From the NCBI GenBank assembly GCA_965203805.1, contig OZ241917.1:3264001-3328000 (forward strand): 64,000 nt of DNA. The letters are read 5' to 3'. The notes beneath the pieces were generated by a model, which ran no database searches, was not told where the DNA came from, and saw nothing but the letters and a program-made list of their open reading frames with translations. The position numbers and the translations under genes were made by a program. Position 1 is the first letter of the stretch. The number at the start of each line of letters is the position of its first letter. The DNA is from Candidatus Latescibacterota bacterium (lineage in GTDB: Bacteria > Latescibacterota > UBA2968 > GCA-2709665). Of this stretch, positions 21,453-31,815 are shown one piece after another.

Positions 21453-22079
21453 ATGCGCGAGACCATTTTCTGGGACGTGGATACCCAGTACGATTTCATC
21501 ATGCCGGACGGCAAGCTGTACATCCAGGCGGCGGAAAAAATCCTGCCCAACCTGGAGCGGCTCACCGCCTGCGCCCGGGAGCGGAACATCCCCATCTTCG
21601 GCTCGGTGGACTACCACAACCCCGACGATCCGGAGATTTCGGAGACGCCCGACTTCCAGGACACCTTTCCGCCGCACTGCCTGAAGGGCACGCCCGGCCA
21701 GCAAAAGGTCCCGGAAACACGAACCGCAAATCCGCTCTGGATCGACGGAGACGAGGAAGACCCCGCGGCCCTCGGAGAGCGGGTCCGCAGCCACGCCGGC
21801 GAGGTCATCTTCCGCAAACAACGCTTCGACGTCTTCACCAACCGGAACGTGGAACCGGTCCTGGATGCCGTCCGGCCCGGGCGCATCGTCCTGTACGGGG
21901 TTGCCCTGGACGTCTGCAACGCCTACGCCATCGACGGCTTTCTCGAGAGGAACACCGCTCCCGTCCACCTGGTCCTGGACGCCACGCAAGCCATCGTCCC
22001 CGAACGAGGTGAAACGCTCGTGGAAGGCTGGAAGGCCAGGGGCGTGACGGTCGTGTCGACCGACGAAATTACCGGATAG
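21453..22079 (+). CDS. Isochorismatase/nicotinamidase-family cysteine hydrolase
   Basis: DVDTQYDF, FPPHC, GVALDVC. Confidence 0.85.
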   Translation: MRETIFWDVDTQYDFIMPDGKLYIQAAEKILPNLERLTACARERNIPIFGSVDYHNPDDPEISETPDFQDTFPPHCLKGTPGQQKVPETRTANPLWIDGDEEDPAALGERVRSHAGEVIFRKQRFDVFTNRNVEPVLDAVRPGRIVLYGVALDVCNAYAIDGFLERNTAPVHLVLDATQAIVPERGETLVEGWKARGVTVVSTDEITG

Positions 22080-22153
22080 ACAGATCCGCGTTCGATCGGA
22101 AACGCGGACGATGTCAGGCGAGTCAGCGACCGCAGCCCAACCCGGAGCCGCCC

Positions 22154-23254
22154 ATGATACTCGTGAACCGGCACACCCAATCGGGAGGCGCCCCCTTTCG
22201 CGCCACGTTGCGCATCAGGCCGGCTTCCCGCATGGAACTGTTCGACGTGCGAGGCAGGTTGAGAGAGGAATTCGGGTCGGACTTCACCCGGTATTCCAGG
22301 CAATTCTACATTTCGGACCACACCACGGCCGGGTACCTGGATCAGCGCCTCGCCGAGATGTTCGAGCACAGCGTGGACAACATCCAGGAATATCTCGACG
22401 TCTTCCGCAAGCTCTTTCCCCCCGATGCCGGCTACGTACACGACGAACTCGATTTGAGAACGGAGCTCTCCGAACAGCAGCGCGCCAACGAGCCCCTCAA
22501 CGCCGATTCCCACCTCACGTTCATGGGGGGCGGATTGGACAACAGCGCGTCCTATGAACTTCAGGGAAACGAGCCGGTCTGGTTCGTGGAACTCGACGGG
22601 GTGCACGTTGGCGGTTCCCGCAGCAGGCGGACCACGGTGGTCGCATACAGCGGCGAGGAGGAGGTCGCCCGGACGCAGGTGAGGGTGCCCGCGGCCCCTC
22701 ACGCGATAGACGCCCAGAACCTGAGGGATCCGGGTTACGGTTTTATCGCCGGGTTACAGTCGCTGGTGCGCGAGCACAGGGTATCGTTCGGTCGTATCGA
22801 CGTGTCCCTTGCCGCGACGGAAAACCACGCGGGCCTGACCGTCAACGAGTATGAGACCCTGCTCATGACCCATGACCTTCGGGAGGTCCTGCGAAACCCC
22901 TTCCACTATATGGCGAAGATCGGCAAGTCGGCGCTCCGCGCCCCGCGCGCCATCCCCGCGAAGGCCCGTAACTACGCAAAGTACGATGCAGTACAGCTGT
23001 TCAACGAATTCGTGAGCCGGGCGCGCATGGGGGGTTCGGTGGTGGAAACGCTCGTGAACCGGGCGCTGTCGGTCCCGGTCGCGCGCTTCCTGCGGATGAA
23101 GCGGGAGATCAGCCTGCCTGTTCTGGACCGCGAAGGAAGAGAAGGAATCGGCGAGATCGGCTGGGGCACCTACCAGAGCCCCATCCTGGTCCAATGGAAG
23201 GTCGCCTCGGGACCGGCCCGGACGCTGAACGTGAGGCTGATGCGGTTCGTTTAG
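22154..23254 (+). CDS. Protein with two tandem YjbQ/UPF0047-like domains
   Basis: Domain 1: HTTAG, YVHD, NADSH; domain 2: AGLTVNE, SLPV, GTYQS. Confidence 0.6.
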   Translation: MILVNRHTQSGGAPFRATLRIRPASRMELFDVRGRLREEFGSDFTRYSRQFYISDHTTAGYLDQRLAEMFEHSVDNIQEYLDVFRKLFPPDAGYVHDELDLRTELSEQQRANEPLNADSHLTFMGGGLDNSASYELQGNEPVWFVELDGVHVGGSRSRRTTVVAYSGEEEVARTQVRVPAAPHAIDAQNLRDPGYGFIAGLQSLVREHRVSFGRIDVSLAATENHAGLTVNEYETLLMTHDLREVLRNPFHYMAKIGKSALRAPRAIPAKARNYAKYDAVQLFNEFVSRARMGGSVVETLVNRALSVPVARFLRMKREISLPVLDREGREGIGEIGWGTYQSPILVQWKVASGPARTLNVRLMRFV

Positions 23255-23262
23255 CCGCGATT

Positions 23263-23317
23263 GCAAAAAAAAAACGCCATCGTCCGAGTAGACTGCGGGC
23301 GATGGCGTTTTTTCTTG
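23263..23317. terminator. Bidirectional intrinsic terminator
   Basis: A10-CGCCATCG..CGATGGCG-T6 between convergent genes. Confidence 0.8.
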
Positions 23318-23323
23318 TTGCCG

Positions 23324-24427
23324 CTATTTCCCCGCCGCCACGTCGAGGTCTTTGTCTTTGAACAGGTCCAGGTACTTTCCGTACCCCGCGGCCTTCAGCG
23401 CATCCGCGGGAATAAAGCGCAGCGACGCCGAATTGATGCAATAGCGCAGCCCGGTTGGCGGCGGTCCGTCCGGGAAGACGTGGCCAAGGTGGGAATCTCC
23501 GTACTTGCTGCGGACTTCCGTGCGGGTGATGAAGAGGCTGTTGTCCACGCGTTCCACCACGTGCCCGGAAACCAGGGGCCGCGTGAAGCTCGGCCATCCG
23601 GTTCCGGACCGGTACTTGTGCGTGGAGCTGAAGAGCGGCTCGCCCGAGACGATATCCACGTAGATGCCCGCCTTCTTGTTGTCCCAGAATTCGTTGCGGA
23701 ACGGCCGCTCGGTGCCGTCCTCCTGGGTCACGTTCCACTGGATTGGCGTGAGCTTCCGGCGAAGCTCGGCTTCGGGGGGTTTGACCCAGTTCCCGCTGGA
23801 AGACTTCGCGGGTTTGTCCCGCCCCCAGGTCCGCTCGATGAAGCGGTCGCGGCCCGAGCCTTTCCGGTATCGGTTGTAATGGTCCGGCTTCTTCCTGTAG
23901 TAATCCTGGTGGTAGTCCTCCGCGGGATAGAAGGTTTGTGCGGGGCGGATGGGCGTGACGATGGGGGCGTCGAACCGGCCGGATCCCGCGAGCGTTTCTT
24001 TCGACGCTTCGGCGAGCTTTTTCTGCTCCTCGTCATGGTAGAAAATGGCGGACGTGTACTGGTGGCCCCGGTCATAGAACGACCCTCCCGAATCGGTGGG
24101 GTCGAACTGCCGCCAGTAGACGTCAAGCAATTGGGCGTAGGTGACGACAGCGGGGTCGTACGTGACCAGCACCGCTTCGATGTGCCTGGTCTGCCCCTTG
24201 CTGACCTGCCCGTACGTGGGGTTCACGATCGTTCCGCCGGTATAGCCGGATACCGCGGAGACCACGCCGTCCAGCTTGTCGAAAGGGGCTTCGATGCACC
24301 AGAAGCAGCCTCCGGCGAACGTGGCCTGCGCCGCGTTTTTCGTTTCGGACCGCCCGTCGCCGGCGCCAAGGGCCAGGGCGACAACCAGGACGGCGGCGGT
24401 GAACAACAGCACAAGGGTCGTTTTCAT
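23324..24427 (-). CDS. msrAB: Secreted bifunctional peptide-methionine sulfoxide reductase
   Basis: Signal peptide, GGCFWC (MsrA), GWPSF and RYCINS (MsrB). Confidence 0.93.
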   Translation of the reverse strand: MKTTLVLLFTAAVLVVALALGAGDGRSETKNAAQATFAGGCFWCIEAPFDKLDGVVSAVSGYTGGTIVNPTYGQVSKGQTRHIEAVLVTYDPAVVTYAQLLDVYWRQFDPTDSGGSFYDRGHQYTSAIFYHDEEQKKLAEASKETLAGSGRFDAPIVTPIRPAQTFYPAEDYHQDYYRKKPDHYNRYRKGSGRDRFIERTWGRDKPAKSSSGNWVKPPEAELRRKLTPIQWNVTQEDGTERPFRNEFWDNKKAGIYVDIVSGEPLFSSTHKYRSGTGWPSFTRPLVSGHVVERVDNSLFITRTEVRSKYGDSHLGHVFPDGPPPTGLRYCINSASLRFIPADALKAAGYGKYLDLFKDKDLDVAAGK

Positions 24428-25572
24428 ATCGCATCCTCCTGACTATCCGATCCTCGGGGAAATTGCGCGAGGGCGCGCTGATTCGATGTACTTTTTCATA
24501 ACGCCTGTCGGCCGGTAATGGTTGCAGGGAACTGAAGAGAAGGAAGAAGGAAAAAGGAAGAAGGAAGAAGGAAGAAGGAAAACCGGTTGTGGTCCTCGTT
24601 CGTATTATCCATCATGTCCTGACAGGCCGCCTGCCGGCGGACAGACACCCGTTGGAACTAACCTCCTGGGGGACATTGACTTTACTCCTCCAACCAACTT
24701 TCATTTTCTCTTCGTCCTTTTTCTTGTACGCCCAAGAAAAAGGACCAAAAAGAACGGCGCCTGCCTGCCGAGCAGGCTTCGGCGCAGGCAGGCCGCTCGG
24801 CGCGGGGCCGGTTTTTCCGTGAACCACCTCAGTGGCGCAATTGGAATTTGGGTGCCCTGTCACCGAAACAGCCCTGCCGGAACTATGTTGCTGGACGGAT
24901 TTGCACGGAAAAACCCCCCTCTCCACAACCGTCCGCTTGATAGGAACTTACAAAGCACCGTACGGCGATGTTCCTGCGCGCTGGAGCGTTTACAGACCCA
25001 CCAACCTACCCCCTATCCCCCTTCCCGGGGGGAGGGGGAAACTGTGATCCCCTCGTGGTGTCCTGGTTTGCTCCCCCTCTCCCCCCGGGAGAGGGGGCCG
25101 GGGGGAGAGGTCTGAGGGGTTGGGGGTGAGGGCGCTCTTGATTCTGGCTGACGGCTGAGAGCCGACCGCTGATTGCTGCTCTAAGGAAGGGAGAAAGCGG
25201 GATCCTATCGCGTGGCGTTCGTTACCCTTTCCTTATAGGAGAGGGTCCCTGTCTGGCGGTGGTTTTTCGGCAGGCAGGGGGGAGAGGTCTGCGTAAATTC
25301 GGGGAGACGTAAGAGGGTAGACGGTAGATGAAGACATTTACCGCAGTGTTTCTACATAAACCGTGCCTGTTTTTTTACCGATATGGTAACGACTGGAAAA
25401 ACCATGGGGCACTGATATCATCTCCCGTCTCACGTCTACCCGCCTCCGCCGACCTACCCCCTATCGCGTGGCGTTCGTTACCCTTTCCTTATGGGGCTTA
25501 TATACTTAACTTGATATTTGTTTTAGGTTGTTCTACCAATCAACCCGTCAACATCACAGAGGAGAAGTTGAT

Positions 25573-25845
25573 ATGAAAAGGGACCTTGAATTGCGAGATT
25601 GGATCCTAACAGTGCTCGAAGACGCTGATGATCCATATTTGAGCCAGTATGTAATCATCGAAAGAGTAAATAAATCAACTAACGACGAATACACCGAAGA
25701 GCAAATCCTCCACCATATACTCCTCGCCTCTGATATGGGTCAGGTGAAAGTGAACAACGGCGAAATTCGCCTCACAAACGACGGCCATAATCATATTGAA
25801 AAGATGAGGGAACCATCACGAGCTAGTTTGCCGCCAGATCAATAG
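25573..25845 (+). CDS. Small DUF2513-like winged-helix protein
   Basis: GAGGAG RBS; MKRDLEL..IL..LE N-terminus and RLTNDGH..IE C-terminus resemble DUF2513. Confidence 0.6.
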   Translation: MKRDLELRDWILTVLEDADDPYLSQYVIIERVNKSTNDEYTEEQILHHILLASDMGQVKVNNGEIRLTNDGHNHIEKMREPSRASLPPDQ

Positions 25846-25970
25846 TAAAACGCTTGCCGATCACACAGAGAAAGACTTGCGCCATCTGAACATTAATGTC
25901 CAACTGGCGCGCGTTGTTCTTTGGGGCCAACAACCCTCCCGCAGACGCCCTAGAAACAAGAGAATACCAT

Positions 25971-26225
25971 ATGAGCTTCATGATCAGCTACGATATGGGA
26001 GACGATGCAAACTACGAAAAAATCATAACGCGTCTCAATCTCCTCAATGGAAAACCCATCCTCAAATCCCAATGGATCATAAATTCACCATTATCGATTG
26101 AGCAACTATTCGACATCCTCAGTCCTTCTATCGGCCGAAAGCACCACCTCCTAATCATGCCCATCGGAGATGCCCTTTCAAGATCCAAAGGCCGTCGCCT
26201 TCCACGATGCTGGCGCGAATTTTAG
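25971..26225 (+). CDS. Small Cas2/VapD-like ferredoxin-fold protein
   Basis: MSFMISYD...Y..I...L.....ILKSQWII pattern; no CRISPR array or cas1 nearby. Confidence 0.55.
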   Translation: MSFMISYDMGDDANYEKIITRLNLLNGKPILKSQWIINSPLSIEQLFDILSPSIGRKHHLLIMPIGDALSRSKGRRLPRCWREF

Positions 26226-26312
26226 GCTCCGAGAAACTACCTTCAAAGCATCCTTCTCCTCTTTCGACTCCGGCTCAAACGTCAAACTTCCATCTCGCCA
26301 GTAAACACGCAC
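26178..26312 (-). CDS. 44-aa small protein (MRVYWRDGSLTFEPESKEEKDALK...)
   Basis: AGGAGG 5 nt before GTG; open to TGA at 26178; below the ORF-track cutoff. Confidence 0.45.
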   Translation of the reverse strand: MRVYWRDGSLTFEPESKEEKDALKVVSRSLKFAPASWKATAFGS

Positions 26313-26598
26313 CCAAGCCTCCTATCTATTAATTATATAGTATTTCGATCCCTAGAAAACGACGGGACACCCATTGACCGGTCTGCAAAACCGCGAGGGT
26401 GTACCACCTCTCCCGCACAAAACCTATATCAAGTTAAGTATATAAGTCCTTTCCTTATAGGAGAGGGTCCCTGCCTGGCGGTGGTTTTTCGGCAGGCAGG
26501 GGGGAGAGGTCTGAGGGGTTGGGGGTGAGGGCGCTCTTGATTTTGGCTGACGGCTGATAGCTGACCGCTGATTGCTGCTCTACCGAACGTTTTCACAC

Positions 26599-26627
26599 TT
26601 GATATATGAACGTTTGTGCAGTATATT
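26599..26627 (+). promoter_or_regulatory. Sigma70-like promoter with SOS-box-like site
   Basis: TTGATA-17bp-TATATT, 6 nt before ATG 26634; GAAC-N4-GTGC in the spacer. Confidence 0.55.
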
Positions 26628-26633
26628 CAGGAC

Positions 26634-27431
26634 ATGGCGCATTCGCACCTGGAAATCGAAGAGACCGCGGCGCGGTCGGTCCTGATGCCGCAGGACGGTC
26701 CGCCCGTTACCCGGTACACCCTGAATCCGTACATCGGATGCGGCATGGGGTGCGCCTATTGTTACGTGATGAAATACCCGTACGCCGAAGAACACCCCCT
26801 GCCCTGGGGCGCATGGGTGCAGCCCAAAACGAACGCGCCCTTTCTGCTGGGCAGGGCGCGGGACAAGATCTGGGGCCGGCGGATCTTCGTGGGTTCGGCC
26901 ACCGACCCGTACCAATACGTGGAACGCCGGTACCGGCTGACGCGCCGATGCCTGAACGTGCTGGAGGACAGCAACCCGAAAGACGTTGTGGTGCATACGC
27001 GGAGCCATCTGATCCTGGACGACGTGGAATTGCTCCGCGCATTCAAGCCCCCCTTGCGGGTGTGTTTTTCCATCCCGACGGACGACGACCGCGTGCGCAA
27101 AAAGCTGGAGCCGCACGCCCCCCGCATCGACGTGCGGCTGAAGACCATGCGGCGCCTCCGGGCCGAAGGCATTCACGTAACCGCGGCTGTGGCGCCTCTG
27201 CTCCACTGCGATCCGGCCCGCTTCGCCCGGCTGCTTCACGACGCCGCGGACGACGTCTACACCACGTCGATGCGATATACCGACAAAACGGGCCTCCAAT
27301 CGACGGACGGAGCGCGGGCGTATTTCGAAAGCGCCCGGTACAGAGACCTGGTCGCCGAAACAGACCGCTGCCTGGACGCGGCGGGCCTGACGACGAACGG
27401 AGACGACGGGCGAGACTTCGCGTCGAGGTGA
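26634..27431 (+). CDS. Radical SAM protein, SplB/Rv2578c-like DNA repair family
   Basis: LNPYIGCGMGCAYCY (CxxxCxxC), GSATDPYQ, LEPHAP. Confidence 0.85.
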   Translation: MAHSHLEIEETAARSVLMPQDGPPVTRYTLNPYIGCGMGCAYCYVMKYPYAEEHPLPWGAWVQPKTNAPFLLGRARDKIWGRRIFVGSATDPYQYVERRYRLTRRCLNVLEDSNPKDVVVHTRSHLILDDVELLRAFKPPLRVCFSIPTDDDRVRKKLEPHAPRIDVRLKTMRRLRAEGIHVTAAVAPLLHCDPARFARLLHDAADDVYTTSMRYTDKTGLQSTDGARAYFESARYRDLVAETDRCLDAAGLTTNGDDGRDFASR

Positions 27432-27765
27432 GTGCGGCAGTGCCACACTGGCGAATAAACGTCCGATAGAATGCCAGCTTGAAATCGGAAGCGGAAACAA
27501 GCCTGAAATGAACTTTAAATCGAGTTCAAAATCAAACCGTCAGCATTTGTATAAATGGTTGTGTTTTCGACGCTAATTCCGAAATGAAAATGAAATGAAC
27601 TGTGAAATGAGATGCAAAACGAGTTGGTAACGGCCCGCCGCAATGACATTCATCGATACAGACGATCAGAGCGCTGAAGCAAGTTGTCCTGGGCGATAAC
27701 ATACCCGTTTCCGTGGGTCCCGCCACACCCACTGATCGCCGGTTTCAGTTCTCCTGCCACTCCGG

Positions 27766-30700
27766 CTATTTCCCGCTGACGTCGATTACGCACACCGAAA
27801 TCCTTCGAGCTTCCTCATCGGAAAGCGTGGCTTCCAGTCGTTCCCGAAGCTCACCGGGAGTATCCGGACGCGTTCCCGACGGGGGTGGCTGTGTGTGCTC
27901 TTTGCCGAACCAGAATACCAGGTAAATCCCCTGTCCGGCCGCATCGGGATCTCGGGTGTATTTGGCGATCAGCTGAGACCTAATGGCGTTCCAAAGGTCG
28001 GGGTGGTTGTTCTTTTTTATCTCCACGGGCACGTTTACACCATCGTAGTTGACTCGAATGTCCGATCGCTTGTCGTTTGCGTAACGACCCTCTGGATGGG
28101 CGTCAATTTGTAGTGGATACAGTTTGTATTTCAAATCGGAAAGCAGTGCGTCCCGGCAGAGTTCTTCATGTTTCGGTTTTCGGACTTTCTTGTCAGAAGG
28201 GTTTTCCCAATATTGGCGCCAGTCGGAGGTGTTGCCGTTTTGGATTTTCCTGGCTATCTCGTCCAACCTGTCTACCAGGAGCGCAGCGAGGTCGGCGGCG
28301 TTGGCCGGGCTGCCGCTGTCCAGGGTCCGGCAGACCTGCTCGGGTTCCGGATGGCGATAACTTGCGTCTCGTTGGATAACCCGTTGGGAGTCCCGCGCAC
28401 GCGACAGGACATCGCGCCAACGGTACAGCGCCGAATCGGAAAGAAGCCTCGTGAGCGCATCACTCGCGTCCTTGTCGGGTGAAGCAGCGAGACGTCGTAT
28501 AAACGCATGAACAAGCTCAGAGTCGTTCGCTGCGGGCGTGCTCCATTCGTCGTCCCGTTCGTTCTGAAACTCATATGGCCGGTAGTAGATACCAATAAGG
28601 CGAATGAGGACTTCCAACACCGGGATTTGGAGTTCAATGTCGGAGAGTGAAAAGCCAGCGCGCGGAAATACTGTGGGGAAGAACCCTGCCAGGTTTCGCA
28701 CCCGCCTTTGTTGACCCTGCACAAAGTCGACTAAAACGGTCGAGTACACCTCGGGCGCAATAACGGCCGCCGCGGCCAACCAGCGCACCCGTTGAGCAAC
28801 ATTCATGCTCTTTGTGGCTAGCTTTCTATCGATCAGTTTCTTAAAGGACGTAGGATCCGCGTGTCGAAGAGCGGCCCACAGGAGATGGTCAAGCGCTTCG
28901 ATCTGCTCGGCATTGCACCTTGTCGGAAACGCACGCAACAGTGGCAGGCTTACGAGTCGAGCGACCCGGGCATGTTCCTTGTCATGGGCGACAACAAATA
29001 GCCCAGAAACATGCTTCCTCCCAGCACGAAAATCGGAAGTCGCGGACCTAACCACCATGTCGGCTATCAGATCCGGACGTAACTCCAAGACTTGCCGATA
29101 CCAGCTCGGCCGATTGGAAATGGCCAAACAGAAATGGAATGCCAACGCTTGCCGCATCCGGTGCTCGCCGAGACAACTGATTTGTTCTGGTGCTGAATCT
29201 CCTATTTCAGCCATCGCCGCCAGAAACGGCCAACCGATGTAGAAAACCCTACCCTCTTCTTTGACGGCGAGAATCTCCTCGACATCCGGAATGTCTTCCC
29301 TTTTGACTACACCGAAAATCCCCTGCCGAACTGCATCAATCAGGTTCCTATTACATCCCAGATCCTGCTCGATATCCCGGGGCCCTGAAACACTGCTATA
29401 ATTGATCGAATCTGAAAAATACCTGGCCGCAATCTCGGTGAGCAGGGCGGGTGCAGCCCGGTTCTCGCGCAGCGCAGTCACGTTTGATCGGAGTTGGTCC
29501 AGCCATTGTTCTTCTTGCTCTGTGCGCTGATCGATGTACTTGGATCGGCTCCTGTCCCGATCTTCCACCCGATCACCTTGCTGCGAGTCTCCCGGTCCAC
29601 GCAACTGAGCGAGACGGGTCATGAGTAACTCGTTTTTGCCCGCGTATTTCTCCAGAAGTTCAAGTGACAGGCCCTCGTGACCGCGCTGTTCAGAATGGCA
29701 ACGCCAGGCAAGTTCCAACAGGTGTTCCGCAACCCTCGGCTTGCGACTTGCCATTGCAAAAGCTTGCTTCAGACACCACACACCGAAGTCGGTTGGCGGG
29801 GAGGCATCGAAAAGCCCTTCCTGAATTTCGAACGCGCGATACCTGAGTTCGTCAGATTCGAGATTACGTTTCAATCCTACTAATGTTACCTTCTTTTGTA
29901 TTTCAGGGCGTTGCTCCAGCCAGGAACGTATATCACCAACGTCCTGGTCCAGGTAATGGTGCGCCCATCTGTACGCATCCAGCCAGGTGTAGAGCCGCTC
30001 GACTGACAGCTGATCGCCGTGGATTTCCAGGCCTTTCGCCAGCAGCATTGGCGGGAAGTGTTCGATACGAAGGCCGTTACGCCGCTCACAAAGGGCGTCG
30101 AGGAGTTCGGCTATTTGCGCCGGGGAAGACCTCTGTGTAAGTCCAGTTTCCCAAAACGTACTGTAATGGCCCAATGACGATCCTTCGTGATTTCCCGTTG
30201 CCGCGTAGTTCCAGACCTCAGAGGTAGACAGTTCCTCCGGGAATAGGCGCCAAAGCAGGATCCCCAGGAGTTCGTTCTCAGGATCGGATACACGACCGGC
30301 CTCAACGTCCTTCAGCAGCAAATGGAGAGCTCTGATTCGGTGTTCTTCGTCATCGAAGCGAATAACTGCATTGAGCGCTAACGCGTTTATGCCCGGCCAA
30401 CGGGTCTCGTCACGGACGATGTCAAGCAAGAGATCCGAGAGACCCGGAACGGCGGCGCCCTCGCGCAGAAACCGTAATACGAAATAGACGAACGTCTGTT
30501 GTTCGGTTTCGCGACTGGAGTTACTCAGGACATCCCTGATTGCGGGTTCCATCTCCGGCGTCGCGAGAGGACCGAATGCCTCCGCGATTTCAATAGAACC
30601 AAGTCGCCTCGCCTCGCGGTTAAGGGTCTTCAGGAGTGCCTCTTTCTCGTCGAGTGTAAACCCCCGGATATCGCCGTAGAGTCCGACGCCGACGGGGTCT

Positions 30701-31815
30701 CGCTCGATCAGCTCGGCGCGAGCACGCTTGCAGTGTGCGGCAAGCCAGGCGGACAGCCCCCTCAGTCCGGTCACCACGACCCCGTCCTCTCCCGTGATGA
30801 GAGAGAGAACCCGCGAGGCAGGAAGTCCACTTTCGATCAGTCGTGCGAGGTACCGGGCGCCGAGGTATTCCGCGACGTGCCGGTGAATCGGGCCAAATCG
30901 GTTTAGCGAACCCGATTCTGCCTTGAACAGCTTTGTGGAAAGCACGGACTCGAACGTGTCCGGGTTTTCGTATTCAATTTCACACAAAGACGGGAAGTCC
31001 GAATCCTGATCTCCCGTGCCCTGTGTGTACCCTTCTTTACCTGAAATCAGCTGGACAGCGCAAAGACGCCCCGCGGCGTCCAACAACTGATTTGTATTCG
31101 CCGGCTGACTGGCAACTTCGTGCTCTTCATTGTGCTCGCGAACCAGAATTGAACAGGCTTTCTCAAACGTTTGCAGGCGGCTCTCCGGCCATTGCTCGTT
31201 ACGGGCTATAACGGTGGCCAGCAACTCGAGGGTCAGCGGGTTTTGAAGCAGGCCGTCAATCCTCCGTTCTTGGGCATTCTCTATAAAAGCCTGGGGATCC
31301 TCGATACCTTCTTGGGCGCTCAAGATCCGGCGAATGTCGGCTTCCCCAAGGGGGTCCAGGCGAAGCACCGTGACGCTTGAGCCTGGCGATACGGTCGTCA
31401 GCCGACTCCAATCGTTGTCCCCGAGCCAATCCGCTTCCCGGCAAGACAGCCGGAAACGTGGTCGCCCCAGCTTTTCGAGCCGTTTGCGAAGTCTGTCGAA
31501 GGGTTTGCGAACGTCTTCGACGCCAGCCCGAACCTCGTCAAGGCCATCGATAAAGAGCGTCTTGCCGTGCCATTCGGGATGATTTTTCAGAGACAGTTCA
31601 ATAAAGTCGCGGGCGTCGACCTTGCAGGCTTCTTCTCCAAGGGCCTCGCATTCGGTCTTGAACGCGGTGGTCTTCCCCGACCCGGGGTCGCCCAGCAACA
31701 CATAAGCCGGAGCATCCCGAAACTCCGATAGAGGTCGTGAGTCCCTGGTCGGATCCCGTTTCTCATCCCCGAGCGGGATCACTGTACCTGTGCGTGGCAC
31801 GATCACGTTCATCAC
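27766..31815 (-). CDS. STAND/NACHT-like NTPase with C-terminal PD-(D/E)xK-like domain
   Basis: Walker A GDPGSGKT, Walker B FIDGLDE, NPLTL; long helical region; C-terminal RSDIRV..VPVEIK..QLIAKY. Confidence 0.75.
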   Translation of the reverse strand: MMNVIVPRTGTVIPLGDEKRDPTRDSRPLSEFRDAPAYVLLGDPGSGKTTAFKTECEALGEEACKVDARDFIELSLKNHPEWHGKTLFIDGLDEVRAGVEDVRKPFDRLRKRLEKLGRPRFRLSCREADWLGDNDWSRLTTVSPGSSVTVLRLDPLGEADIRRILSAQEGIEDPQAFIENAQERRIDGLLQNPLTLELLATVIARNEQWPESRLQTFEKACSILVREHNEEHEVASQPANTNQLLDAAGRLCAVQLISGKEGYTQGTGDQDSDFPSLCEIEYENPDTFESVLSTKLFKAESGSLNRFGPIHRHVAEYLGARYLARLIESGLPASRVLSLITGEDGVVVTGLRGLSAWLAAHCKRARAELIERDPVGVGLYGDIRGFTLDEKEALLKTLNREARRLGSIEIAEAFGPLATPEMEPAIRDVLSNSSRETEQQTFVYFVLRFLREGAAVPGLSDLLLDIVRDETRWPGINALALNAVIRFDDEEHRIRALHLLLKDVEAGRVSDPENELLGILLWRLFPEELSTSEVWNYAATGNHEGSSLGHYSTFWETGLTQRSSPAQIAELLDALCERRNGLRIEHFPPMLLAKGLEIHGDQLSVERLYTWLDAYRWAHHYLDQDVGDIRSWLEQRPEIQKKVTLVGLKRNLESDELRYRAFEIQEGLFDASPPTDFGVWCLKQAFAMASRKPRVAEHLLELAWRCHSEQRGHEGLSLELLEKYAGKNELLMTRLAQLRGPGDSQQGDRVEDRDRSRSKYIDQRTEQEEQWLDQLRSNVTALRENRAAPALLTEIAARYFSDSINYSSVSGPRDIEQDLGCNRNLIDAVRQGIFGVVKREDIPDVEEILAVKEEGRVFYIGWPFLAAMAEIGDSAPEQISCLGEHRMRQALAFHFCLAISNRPSWYRQVLELRPDLIADMVVRSATSDFRAGRKHVSGLFVVAHDKEHARVARLVSLPLLRAFPTRCNAEQIEALDHLLWAALRHADPTSFKKLIDRKLATKSMNVAQRVRWLAAAAVIAPEVYSTVLVDFVQGQQRRVRNLAGFFPTVFPRAGFSLSDIELQIPVLEVLIRLIGIYYRPYEFQNERDDEWSTPAANDSELVHAFIRRLAASPDKDASDALTRLLSDSALYRWRDVLSRARDSQRVIQRDASYRHPEPEQVCRTLDSGSPANAADLAALLVDRLDEIARKIQNGNTSDWRQYWENPSDKKVRKPKHEELCRDALLSDLKYKLYPLQIDAHPEGRYANDKRSDIRVNYDGVNVPVEIKKNNHPDLWNAIRSQLIAKYTRDPDAAGQGIYLVFWFGKEHTQPPPSGTRPDTPGELRERLEATLSDEEARRISVCVIDVSGK

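Larger units (their letters stand above)
25493..26450. mobile_element. Non-autonomous IS1595-like passenger cassette (958 bp)
   Basis: 25-bp TIRs GGGGCTTATATACTTAACTTGATAT / ATATCAAGTTAAGTATATAAGTCCT (2 mismatches), 8-bp TSD TTCCTTAT (25485-25492, 26451-26458), low GC, no transposase. Confidence 0.85.
24530..26578 (+). repeat. Mosaic array 3, interrupted by an IS1595-like cassette
   Basis: Same modules on both sides of the 25493-26450 insertion. Confidence 0.88.

Noticed and set aside
25971-26225. Evidence for a CRISPR-Cas locus
   Set aside because: Lone Cas2-like ORF in a mobile cassette; no cas1 or array in the window.
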